Positions 53,723 through 64,000 of a stretch of 64,000 nt of DNA are shown here, piece after piece; position 1 is the stretch's first letter; every line of letters begins with the position of its first letter. Both the position numbers and the translations under genes were made by a program. The notes beneath the pieces were generated by a model, which worked only from the letters and a program-made list of their open reading frames with translations, ran no database searches and was not told where the DNA came from. The DNA comes from Callorhinchus milii (taxonomy: Eukaryota). The stretch covers positions 30,134,001 through 30,198,000 of the forward strand of contig NW_024704742.1 of the NCBI RefSeq assembly GCF_018977255.1. The letters are read 5' to 3'.

Positions 53723-55100
53723 ACAACAACAATTTGTGTTCATTTAGTCATCATCAATTTTGGGAGAACGTCCCAAAGTACTTTACAAAGATGGAGTCGG
53801 GGCCTGGTTTAGGAGGGAGATGGTGGGGGTTGGGGTCAGGTAACTGAAGGCACAGTCAAAAGCATAATTTGACAGGTTAACAAGTAACAGTTTTGAACAG
53901 GTTTTGAAAGCAGCAAGCAGCTGGAATTTCAAAAGAGAGTTCCAAAGTGCGGAGGCAGAGTATCTGAAAGCTTACCTGCCAACGGGGGAACAGAGTGGGA
54001 GGGGGGGAAGGGGGATATGAAAGCAGAAGGAATGGCTGGAGGAGAAGAGTGTAGGAACTCACGGAGTACGGTGGAGCAAAGCCTTGGGGGCATTTTACGG
54101 TGGGGAGACCGTAATCACACAATAAGTTGATCTGCTGTGCAATAGGATACCTGTGGGGTTCGATGAGGATGAAGATGATGGCTTGCAGAGCCTGGTGTGA
54201 AAAACAATGGGGACTGTGGCGTTCTGAATGATGTGAACCTTGGGGGAGTTGGGGAGCCAACAATGGAAAAGCTAACAGTTACCCATTGATGGTGGGGAAC
54301 ATTGGGTGGGGGACATGAAGCAGGATTAGCTGAGTGGAAGGAGTCGCTGGACCTGAAGGAGAGCAGGAGGTCCCATATAGGTCTCACCTACAAGGCCATT
54401 CACGGCCTTGCTCCCTCCTACCTCTCCGACCTACTATCCCCCTACCTACCTGCCCGTACCCACCGTTCCTCTGGCTCCGGTCTGCTCTACATCCCCAGCC
54501 CCAACCGCCCTACCATTGGTGGCCGGGCCTTCAGCCTCTCAGCCCCGAGGCTCTGGAACTCCATCCTCCAGTGCCTTCGCCTTGCTTCCTCCCTTTCCTC
54601 CTTCAAGGCCGGTCTCAAGACCTTTCTCTTTGACCGTGCCTTCAGCTCCCCTCTCGACTCTCTACCCCCTCCTCGCTCCCTCCCTTCCCTCCCCTCACCC
54701 TGACCATTTCCCCCCTGCTCGGGTCCTGACCCAACTCTCCAGCGCCTTGGGACGTCCTCCCAACGTGAAAGGCGCTCTATAAATGGAATCTTGTTGTTGT
54801 TGTCCCAGAAGTAGAGTGAGGCGAGACCTCGGATAGATTTCAAAGTGAGGATGAGGATCTCAAATTCGATACCCTGAGGGTTGGGGAGCCAGTAGAACTG
54901 AGCGAGGATGGGAATGGATACTCTTGGATCCTGGGTGTGGGAAAGGACATCGGCTATAGAGCTCCAGATGGTCTTTAGCTGCGTAGGGAGCTGGGGAAAT
55001 TGGAGAGCAAGGTATTGGAATAACCAAGCCTGATGAAGGCATGAATGAGGTCTTGGCAGCTCGGGAGAAGGGATAGTGAAGGAGATGGGGGAACCTAACA
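53723..55100 (-). mobile_element. Old decayed L2, interrupted by a younger L2 insertion
   Basis: Minus translation SIPILAQFYWLPNPQGIEFEILILTLKSIRGLASLYFWD resembles L2 PVL..LHWLP...RI.FKIL.LT.KAL.GLAP.YL.D; (caa)n tail at 53723. Confidence 0.8.
54376..54801 (+). mobile_element. Young 5'-truncated L2 3' end with a GTCCCA target-site duplication
   Basis: LTYKAIHGLAPSYLSDLLSPYLPARTHRSSGSGLL...GGRAFSLSAPRLWNSI...FKAGLKTFLF; (ttg)n tail; GTCCCA at 54370-54375 and 54802-54807. Confidence 0.93.
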
Positions 55101-56435
55101 AGATATCACTCCTTCAATGCTACAAGAGAATGTCTGCCCAGATCATGAGCTCAAGACTTGGCGCAGGCCTCAAATCATAAGCTTCTGAGATAACTTCAAA
55201 AAAGTGCTATGAGATGCAACACTGAATGCCTCGGAGCAGTTCAAACAGCACTTACAAATCTTTTTACCTGTTGCATGAGAGATGAAAGCAAATCATATAT
55301 AAGAACCTTTTTGTTGGTGAAATGACACCAGGAAGAAAGCTAGTAGCAAAAAAATAAGCAACTTTATATTCAAGGAGGTATATTTATAGCTGTGGGAAGG
55401 ACAAATCACTTCGGTGCTGTCCCAGCATCATGTCATTAATATCTTAAAAGGACAGTAATCTTCCTACTGTCAACCTGGGCATAGTCTTAATGTACTGTTG
55501 TTGCTGAATCAAGAGGAATTTATCACTTTAACAATTACATAAAAAGCTTACTTGGGATGATCTTGGAACAGATGTATCCCATACATAGCTATTATAGAAT
55601 GAGTATGTACAATTGGTAGTTGGGGTCCATAAATCTCCCTACAAGGCTTTGTAGCCAGGCGCCATCACCTGTTATTGCTTCCGGATCATGATGACACCAT
55701 CACTGTGGATTAGGTCAGGGGGCTCCATCAGCGTGCACTGTGCTTAAAATTGTGACGTCACTTTATAAAACATGGTTTTGAACCACTATATTACTCTTTG
55801 AAGTACGAAACCTCTGAAGCAAGTAAAGGAGCTGGAACTCTGTAGCCCATGTCCTTTCCCACACCAGGATCTGAGACTATCCACTCCCATCCTCGCTCAA
55901 TTCTACTGGCTACCCAACCCTCAGGGTATCGAATTTGAGATCCTCATCCTCACTTTGAAATCTATCCAAGGTCTCGCCTTACTCTACTTCTGGGACCTCC
56001 TGCTACTTTTCATTTCTGTGCATATTTTGGATTTTTTGTAAAGGACAATGTTGGGGTCCAATCTTAGAAATGATAAGCCATAACAGGGTTCCACTACTTT
56101 TGTTCTGCATTAGACTGATCATGCACTACATTTTTATTGGGTACACATTATATAGTATTCAAATGCAATAAGAATCCCTGAACATGGTATTTGAAGGCGA
56201 AAGTTTGATACAGCCGCATATCTAACCTGTCTAAATTTCCTTGGGCTTTTCGGACTTTATAAGCTAAGCCTAATTAAAAAAAAAGCTAAGAAATAGATGT
56301 TGAGATGCTCTGTATCCAGTATTAATGCAAAAAGTATTAAAGTGTATGTATATATATTAAAAAAAAGTATATACCACAAGCACCATGTGGAGAAAAGGCA
56401 TAAATAATCAAAAATGTTTTCCGATGGCAGCTTAC

Positions 56436-56518
56436 CTGCATGGCAAAATTCGCACTACGTCATTTGGCTTGTAACCTTCAATACAAACAGCACAATTATC
56501 AAAGTCTGATTCAGTTTC
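56436..56518 (-). CDS. RNF150: RNF150 coding exon (exon 4 equivalent), [27 protein letters not shown](R), first half of RING-H2
   Basis: 83 nt, acceptor ctccAG and donor GTaagc, phase 0/2. [20 protein letters not shown] matches RNF150 rather than its paralogues, as recalled. Confidence 0.97.
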
Positions 56519-56934
56519 CTGGAGGTAAAACAAACGTGGAAAGATTAAAAGAATATTCTCCTTCTTTACACTCTAACGAGACAATGCAGTACCTAGTAGA
56601 CTACCCTTTGTGAACTGTTTAAAATTTTGTTGGGACTAGAGTTGATGAAGCGTGTGTCAGACCATAGGAAATCTATGCAATTGCTCTTTACAATACATTT
56701 ACTGGGACAGTTTGTACTCTCAGTAACCATCAGATCAATTTTGTGAGGCCCTAATTCTTATTGTAATTTCTGCTGTACATGCTGTACCTGATCATAAAGT
56801 GGGTAAGACTAAGTACCAATTAGTCAACTGATAAATATCTTTTATGCCTTTTCCAGTGATCATGAAAGAAACAAGTATGTTCTTATAGCCATCACGACTT
56901 TTGAGTCTTGGCTTTGAACAGCCATAACAATTCT

Positions 56935-58355
56935 AATAATAATCCATATAATACCTTTCACGTCTGGAGGCCATCTCAAAGCGCTTCACGCTATAAAGTG
57001 TAATGATACTGCTGTTAATTTGTGGACCGCAGTGTCCTACAAACAATCATGAAGTGAGTGACTAATTTTATCTGGGGGATTGTTGGCCAGCACATTGGGA
57101 GAAACATCTCCTGAAAAGGCAGGCAGGACCTCCAATGTAACATCTCATCCAAAGGACACCATCTCCAACAATGCAGTACACCTTCAGTGCTGGAGAGTCG
57201 GCCTGGACTACACAAGTTCAATGTCCCGACATAACCACTCCATGGGACGTAGGAGCAGGAGTAGGCCATTCGGCCCCTCGAGCCTGCCCCGCAATTTAAT
57301 AAGATCATGATTGATCTTCCAACCTAATTCCATTTACCCGCCTTATCCCCATATCCCTTAATCCCTCTATTCTTTAGAAATCTATCAACCTCTGTCTTGA
57401 ATATGCTCAAGGACTGAGCATCCACAGCTTTCCTGGGTAGAGAATTCCACAAATTCACTACCCTCTGAGTGAAGAAATGTTTCCTCAACTCAGTTTGAAA
57501 AGGCTGTCCCTTAATCTTGAGACTATGACCTCCTAGTTTTAGATTCTCCAACCAGGGGAAACGGTCTCACAGCATCTACCCTGTCAAGACCCTTAAGAAT
57601 CTTATAGGTTTCTATAAGATCACCTCTAATTCTCCTATATTCCAGAGAATATAGGCCTAGTTTACTCAACCTATCCTCATAGGTCAACCCCCTCACCCAG
57701 GAACTAACCTAGTGAATCTACGCTGTATCCCCTCTAAGGCGAGTTTGTCCTTTCTTAAATAAGGAGACCAAAACTGCACACAATATTCTAGGTTTGGTCT
57801 CACCAAGACCTTATACAACTGCAGCAAGACTTCCCTACTCTTGTACTCTTAACTCTTTTGCAACGAACGCCAACATAGCATTAGCCTTCCTAGTTGCTTG
57901 CTGTACCTGCAAACTAACTTTTTGTGACTGGTGAACAAGGACACCCAAATCCCTCTGAACACTAACACTAGCTCATCTCTACCCCTCTAGAAAATAATCC
58001 GCTTTTCTATTTTTACTACCTAGGTGACTAACTTCACACTTCTCCACGTTATACTCCATCTGCCACCTTCTTGCCCACTCACCTAACCTGTCTATTTCCC
58101 TTGCATTCTTCGTGTGTCATCCTCACAGCTTATCCCACCTATCTTCGTATCGTCTGCAAATTTAGATATGTTAAGTTCTATTTCCTCATCTAAATCATTG
58201 ATATAGACTGTAGATAATTGAGGCCCAAGCACTGATCCTTGTGGCACTCCACCAGTCACATCCTGCCAATCTGAGAAGGACCCGTTTATCTCTACTCTCT
58301 GTTTTAGAGAGTAGGCAAGAGTAGACTCTGAGATTGCTACCTACTGAGCCAGGCT
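56935..58355 (-). mobile_element. Deu-domain SINE (56935-57235, head remnant 58320-58355) split by a CR1 insertion
   Basis: Tail and Deu core lie left of the CR1. tgagattgctacctactgagccaggct, the reverse complement of a tRNA A-box head, lies right of it. Confidence 0.7.
57241..58305 (-). mobile_element. CR1 LINE, about 1.06 kb 5'-truncated copy (RT core to 3' end)
   Basis: Minus translation GVPQGSVLGPQLSTVYINDLDE...ISKFADDTKIGG...GHSLKIKGQPFQTELRKHFFTQRVVNLWNSLPRKAVDA. Confidence 0.95.
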
Positions 58356-58460
58356 TTACTGGCCAGAATTACAACATATTCTGGTGGCAATTGGTATGGC
58401 AGTACATTTTATTTTGGAAAAAACATCCATATTGATTGATAGAGCAGATGTTATAAAATA

Positions 58461-58803
58461 TAATATTAATCCTTGCATATGATATAGCGCCTTATCATGT
58501 CTTTGAGACATCTCAAAGCACTTCACAGAATATAACGAAAAGTAAATTGACTGAAAAGTTTGTGGGCGAAACCCGGCAGCCAATTGCGCACAGCAGTGTC
58601 CCTCAGTTGTGGATTGAGTGACTCAATTTTTTTTAAAAAAAGGAATTATTTCGCCCAGAAAAACGATCCACCAATCGACTAACAACCAGGTTCCTACTTA
58701 CTTCTAGGTAAACAGAGGCGTGTGGAGTAAGGAAACTTGCTCAACGTTTTGCCCTACCGGGAATCAAACCCAGGTCGCTCTAACCACTGAGCTACAGGAC
58801 TCC
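58461..58803 (-). mobile_element. tRNA-derived SINE, long variant
   Basis: Head ggagtcctgtagctcagtggttagagcg, extra block gcctctgtttacctagaagtaagtaggaacctggttgttagtcgattgg, and tail. Confidence 0.9.
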
Positions 58804-59704
58804 GTGTTATACTCTGTGCAATCGAATATCTGCTCTCTATACTTCCAATATTCATGGAAACAAAATGGAATGTATAAAATCTGTAGACAAAAACATTTCA
58901 TATTTAAATTGCCTGTAACCAGAAGATTTCTGGGCAGTGGAGGCAGGAAGAGAGAACCACATCCAGCGAAACAGAGTTTCAGAGTTTCCACATGAACCTG
59001 CAGTGGAAAATCCAGCACAGAACATAAAGGAGCTCGGGTAGGGAGAGTCACCAGTGTTAAATTACTCAACTCTGCTAAAATGTAGGAAATGTTCACTCTT
59101 TGGTCCGATTTTTCATAATTATATTTCCTAATTCAACATATGAAATGAATATCAAAACAAATTTTCCCTCTTCTAACTAGCCTCTAGAAGTCGTTCCATT
59201 GCATTTTAAATCGTGTAAAATTACTAAATGCAAAGGAAATATTAGGAATTGACCTAACCAGAGAGGAAACCACTCCCTACTTTATAGTTGACTTTATTAA
59301 TCTGACTGATACTTAAGAGCCAGACAAAATAAGTGATCTGATCTACATGACAATTTCAACTTGATTCAGCAATATTTTTGTTCCAAAATGAAATTCTCAT
59401 GCAATAAAATTATATTTCAAAAAGATGGTAAACAAATCAAAAATATGTATAAATCCAGCAGCTGCAAAAGGATATCCAGTAATTAAATAATTCATAAACT
59501 ACAGCCGCTCCCATATGTTTCCATTATCACAGTTCGTGTGTGGGTGTTAAAACAAGAGCTCACGGCCCAAGTATTTGGGAGAATTTCATTTATATGAACT
59601 CTTTTGAAATGCGCTAAATAAATGCAATTTGTATTACTGTTGTTATGTGCAGACCACACATTTTAGCAAAACAGAAAAGGATACAAAATCTGGAAAATGT
59701 TTAC

Positions 59705-59776
59705 CTTATCACCTTTTTTGATTGTTCTGACTTGAAGTTTGCTGATGGCTTTTTTAGCAGCATCCCCAAGCCGGCG
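59705..59776 (-). CDS. RNF150: RNF150 internal coding exon (equivalent to human exon 3), RRLGDAAKKAISKLQVRTIKKGDK
   Basis: 72 nt, minus-strand acceptor ttttctAG and donor GTaaac, phase 0/0. The peptide matches the recalled juxtamembrane segment of RNF150/RNF130. Confidence 0.96.
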
Positions 59777-60814
59777 CTAGAAAACAACATTTAAAGAATA
59801 AGTAATCTTACTGTACTGTAATTAGAGAAACAGTCATTATATTTTGTAGCCTGTACAAATAGGAATTATATTTATACAGAATTACTGGGAGTTAGGATGG
59901 GTAGAAATGTATAATGAACTACATATCTTAGTGGTACATTGGATACTTTCATTCTCTCAAATTTGCTTCTTAGAATATCTGTTTCATCGGGAAAAAAAAG
60001 ATAAGATTTTGGCGAGGGACGAAAGAGGGTTTACAAATGGGTGTTCGTCACTGACAAACTGCTTATAAACACGTCTATTTACTCATCTATGCAGGTATTA
60101 ATTAAAGGTGGAATACATATTTTATATGAAAAAAATTCAGCACCAATAAATGCTGTTCATAATGGCCATTTTGATATGTTGCCAGATTTGGTGCTCTTCT
60201 TACACTTTTCAGAATTTTCATAAACAGGATTTGTATCATAAACTGTTTGATTACTATGATATGAATTACCAGATGGTAATAATCCTTCCATTCAACATAG
60301 TGCCTTTCACATCTGGAGACGTCTCAAAGTGGTTCGTTCACAGGATTCACTGTAAAGTGCAGGGATTGTGTATTTTATTAGCGAATATTAACCTTTTTCT
60401 CACATCTCAGAAAAAGCAATTGCAGTAGAATGTAAGTGTTATAAATACTCTTTTGATCATCTTGTTTAAAAAATATAAATAAAACTATAGGCCATTTTTA
60501 GCAACTATTTATGTTTTATTTATGATTCCACCACCATTATTTATTATGTATTAAATGTATCATCAATTGAATGGCTATCAATAGCATCATAAATACCACA
60601 TTAAAGAGACTATTTGATCGTCAGATTGTTTAAGAATCTTCATGTACAGACTCCTTTTAATTTAAGTTAATTCAATGACTAATGTGGCCACTGACTCCTT
60701 CACAACTGCTGCTACTAAACATATGGTTAGTGTTATACTTGTATTCCAGATTAGCAGAGAAATAGCCATTTCATATCTTGTCATCGGTTTGTCACTCTCC
60801 TCTCATGACATGAA

Positions 60815-61250
60815 AACGTAGAATGTTACTGGACAGAAACGGGCCTTTCGGGCCCATCACACATTTATCTATATTAACCATATTAAGTCTAAATCCACTC
60901 CTATACCCTTTAATATTCTTCACTGTCAAATTTATGTCTTAAATTAATCTATGGTTTCTGCTTTTACAATACTTTCTGGATGAGAATTCCACATTTCTAT
61001 CACTGAATGTAAAGCATTTTTAAAAAAAACTTTCTGCAATTCATTTTGTGACTATCTTGAATTTGTGATCTCTTGCTACTGACTTGCCAACCGCTGGAAA
61101 TAATCTATTACTATTTACCCCTTCATAATCTTCCAAGACGTATCATCAGTGCACCCCTTAACTTTCTCAGATCTCAACTCTTTAGCTGAAACCTGGTAAC
61201 ATCCCTATGCTGCATCTTTTCTATTACTTTTATACTCTTCCTACAACGTG
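60815..61250 (-). mobile_element. Old CR1 3' fragment
   Basis: gtagaatgttactggacagaaacgggcctttcgggcccatc...gagaattccacatttctatcact, the same architecture as the CR1 at 25806. Confidence 0.65.
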
Positions 61251-61729
61251 CTTGACTGATCATTGAGCTGAATGTGTAAACTGTGTTATTCTTTTTTAAA
61301 AAAACTTATTTTATAGTTTTAAACACAAACTCTTAAATTTTATATAAATTGCCAAGTTCATTTAATAAATCCAGTGGAAAAATTCCAAAACACTCAGCCA
61401 TCTGCCATTAATCTCAGATTTCATATCCTCCCTTCGTTGCCAGAGTGTTTCAACACACTAATCACTCGACAGACTATAAATCCTATTCAGCATCGGTTAT
61501 ACAGTACAGTACTATCATAATCCTAAAAAATATATTTTTCAGTCAAGGGACAGACCAAATATTAAAGGGAGCTCACTTTTTAAATCAAAAGGCAATATCA
61601 GGACTATTTATTGTGTAATGGGAATGGTGGATAAATGGAAATTTGTTATAAATGCAAGTTTTATTGTCATCTTAGAAGATGTTGGAAGTATCCTAGTAGC
61701 ACAGCCAATCTGATAATTTGATAATATAA

Positions 61730-61885
61730 AATTTCATATGTACAGCGCCTTTCACATTGGGAGGGCGTCCCAAGGTGCTGGACAGTCAGGGATTTGGGCC
61801 CGAGCTGCGGGGGTGGTGGTGGGGTGGGGGATCAGGAAGGGTGGAGTGCAGGGATGATGTCCGAAGGCTCGGTCGAAGAGGATAA
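61730..61885 (-). mobile_element. L2 3' tail fragment
   Basis: tacagcgcctttcacattgggagggcgtcccaaggtgctggacagtcaggg...gaaggctcggtcgaagagga. Confidence 0.8.
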
Positions 61886-62029
61886 CGTGCAAACGTAATG
61901 TCATTCAAAAGCATTTCAGATACGTGGCCAGATAACATTATTCACTTCCTTTTCTCTTCAAATTTAAGCAACTTTTCTCATCATTTTTGAATTATTGACT
62001 TAAAATGCAATTTTGGTTTGTTTTTGAGC

Positions 62030-62522
62030 TAATTCTTGCATTTGATCTAGCACCTTATCATATTGTTGAAACATCTTAAAATGATTTCATTGTAGTACTA
62101 AGTGTAGCGACTGTATTTGTCGGTGAACAATAGCAGCCAAATTTCACATAGCGCCACAGAATCTTTTATATCCACCTGAACAGGCAGGCACTTTAACATC
62201 TCATTTGAAAGACAGCATTTCTGACAATGTAGCACATTCCCAGTTTTGCATTTGAGTGGTTGGCCTGCCCTGCATTAGAGCGGTTGGCCTGCCCTGCATT
62301 AGAGTGGTTGGCCTGCCCTGCATTAGAGCGGTTGGCCTGCCCTGCATTAGAGTGGTTGGCCTGCCCTGCATTAGAGTGGTTGGCCTGCCCTGCATTAGAG
62401 TGGTTGGCCTGCCCTGCATTAGAGTGGTTGGCCTGCACTGTGAGCTCAAACTCACAATTGTGGAGCTGGAATTCACAATTATCTAAATCTGAGGTGAGAG
62501 AGCCACCAATTGAATCAGGCTA
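62030..62522 (-). mobile_element. Full-length decayed Deu-domain SINE containing a minisatellite
   Basis: Tail at 62030, Deu core tccacctgaacaggcaggcactttaacatctcatttgaaagacagcatttctgacaatgtagcac, and tRNA-like head remnant tctgaggtgagagagccaccaattgaatcaggct. Confidence 0.75.
62254..62440. repeat. 24-bp minisatellite GAG(T/C)GGTTGGCCTGCCCTGCATTA, 7 full units plus 1 partial
   Basis: Units start at 62254, 62278, 62302, 62326, 62350, 62374, 62398 and 62422 (partial); no spacers. Confidence 0.98.
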
Positions 62523-63032
62523 ATACTAACCTAGATGAAAGCCTCGTCGTTCCCTGTAAATTTCTATCTACATTTTTGCACTTCAATAATACACAAGATT
62601 ACACATACTGTAGTTTATTATTAGTTATTTGGCCTAACATTTTACATCCTTGTTCAAAGGAGAGGTAGGAAAGTATTGATGAACAATGCAGGAAAGAATT
62701 GATGAACTATTCCTACGTATGCAGGTTTCTCTTCTCTTCCCTCTCTCCCCAAACAGTTAACTTTCAAATAGGTCTTATTTACAAGACTGAGAATATATAG
62801 AATTCAGTACTTTAGACTAGTATTGAACAGAATATGCTGATCTAATGACTCTTAGAGTCATTTTCGAACAGAGGTGATCCATTGAGAGAGCTCAGTCTCT
62901 CCACTCCCCATATGAGTTTGGCAATTAGGCATAATCTACATGAATAAATTCAGTTCATTAACAAAATAGTCTCACCTGTAACTCATGTGTGTAAGTTCTG
63001 CCTATATGATACATGGAAAATACTGGAAAGAG

Positions 63033-63143
63033 AATAATAATAATAATAATCCTTGCATTTGATATTGCGCTTTTCACGTCGGGAGGACGTCCCAAAGCGC
63101 TTCACAGAACACACTGTAAAGTGAATTGACTGTATATTTGTGG
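63033..63143 (-). mobile_element. 3' tail of the young SINE variant
   Basis: (aat)n ccttgcatttgatattgcgcttttcacgtcgggaggacgtcccaaagcgcttcacagaacacactg. Confidence 0.9.
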
Positions 63144-63757
63144 TTTTAACTCTATGAAATTTGATACTGCAGTGCATCTAATATTCCTTCCTTCAGAGGA
63201 AATGGCTTTACACCATATCAGCATAATAATGCATAATAATAATAATGTGTGAACTGTATACACCGTATACATGGAATATAGATTATGTACTGCACACATG
63301 AGATAAGACAATCAGATCTGCAATGTAATGTAATAACCCACTCGCAGTTTAAGCACCAAGTAGCTTCTTTGCTCACGGTCAATGTGAGAGATTGCTCGCC
63401 TGTAGTCATGGTAACCGCCTTGCTATGACTGCTTCTGAAGCATTCTGGAGCATCAGCACCAAAAATATCTTACATCAGCTTTGACAAACAAAACACGTAA
63501 AATAGTACAAAGCAAAGCTCCTAACCAAGGTCAAATCTTAAAGAAGCGGCATGGACAAAACACACAAAATCCACAAAATGTTGCACACATACATCATCCA
63601 AACTGAAAATTAAATAAAGCTGTTTGATACAATACACGTTGATCATATGTAACTCATACGCCCCTCTATTGGTTTGCAGTTATATGGACTTCACATACAT
63701 AGTGTAGTATGCTTTATCACATACATTCAGCAGCTCCCCAAATGCTTTAGCAGAGGA

Positions 63758-64000
63758 AACAACAACAACTTGCATTTATATAGTGCCCCTCACCCAGGAT
63801 AGCGTCCCAGCGCACTTGATGGTGGCAGGGCGCAACGCCGAGCCGGGGGGAGATGACCGTAGGCGCGACCTGAAGATGGGGAAGGAGGGGGTAAGGCGGA
63901 GGGATAGAGGAAGACGGTTCCAGAGTTTCGGGGCGAAGTGGCTGAAAGCCTGACCAATGGTGGTACGGAGGGCATGAGGGACATGCAGAAGGCTGGAGAC
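63758..64000 (-). mobile_element. L2 3' end (different subfamily), runs off the window
   Basis: (aac)n tail; minus strand ggtcaggctttcagccacttcgccccgaaactctggaaccgtcttcct translates GQAFSHFAPKLWNRLP. Confidence 0.85.

Noticed and set aside
54487..55101. 204-aa ORF, the longest in the track
   Set aside because: It is a chance read-through from an old L2 into the antisense strand of a nested younger L2.
62193..62523. Repetitive ORFs on both strands (QANHSNAG, LACPALEW and similar) and a superficial CRISPR-like look
   Set aside because: These are translations of a 24-bp head-to-tail minisatellite with no spacers, inside a SINE in a vertebrate intron; there are no cas genes.
63452..63470. REST/NRSE-like TCAGCACC (also near 23656 and 60137)
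   Set aside because: Only the left half-site is present; the GGACAG half is missing.

Overview
AT-rich, repeat-laden vertebrate genomic DNA. It is almost certainly from a cartilaginous fish; the SINE/L2/CR1 repertoire suggests a holocephalan such as Callorhinchus milii (inference). The only supported protein-coding gene is the 3' part of RNF150 (PA-TM-RING E3 ligase) on the minus strand. Five exons with canonical GT-AG sites and matching phases (59705-59776, 56436-56518, 48000-48096, 40718-40931, 24246-24364) encode the RING-H2 domain and the C-terminus (...STDQDCEEVKS*). The exons for the signal peptide, PA domain and transmembrane segment lie beyond 64000. The 3'UTR may run to a poly(A) signal at 22803 or as far as about 15746. 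Most other recognisable sequence is transposon-derived: tRNA-Ala-headed SINEs and older Deu-domain SINEs sharing an L2-type tail, L2 and CR1 fragments, a decayed mariner, AmnSINE2-like copies and an unclassified old repeat. Most ORFs in the supplied track are spurious or TE-derived. I found no convincing novel multi-gene system. The most interesting signals are a strong sense-strand bias of SINE tails inside the gene, a candidate SINE-adjacent poison exon, an intronic inverted duplication that preserves a pre-insertion site, a SINE-tail fold-back palindrome, a minisatellite born inside a DeuSINE, and a stop-poor antisense frame in intron 5. Repeat boundaries were read by eye and are approximate.
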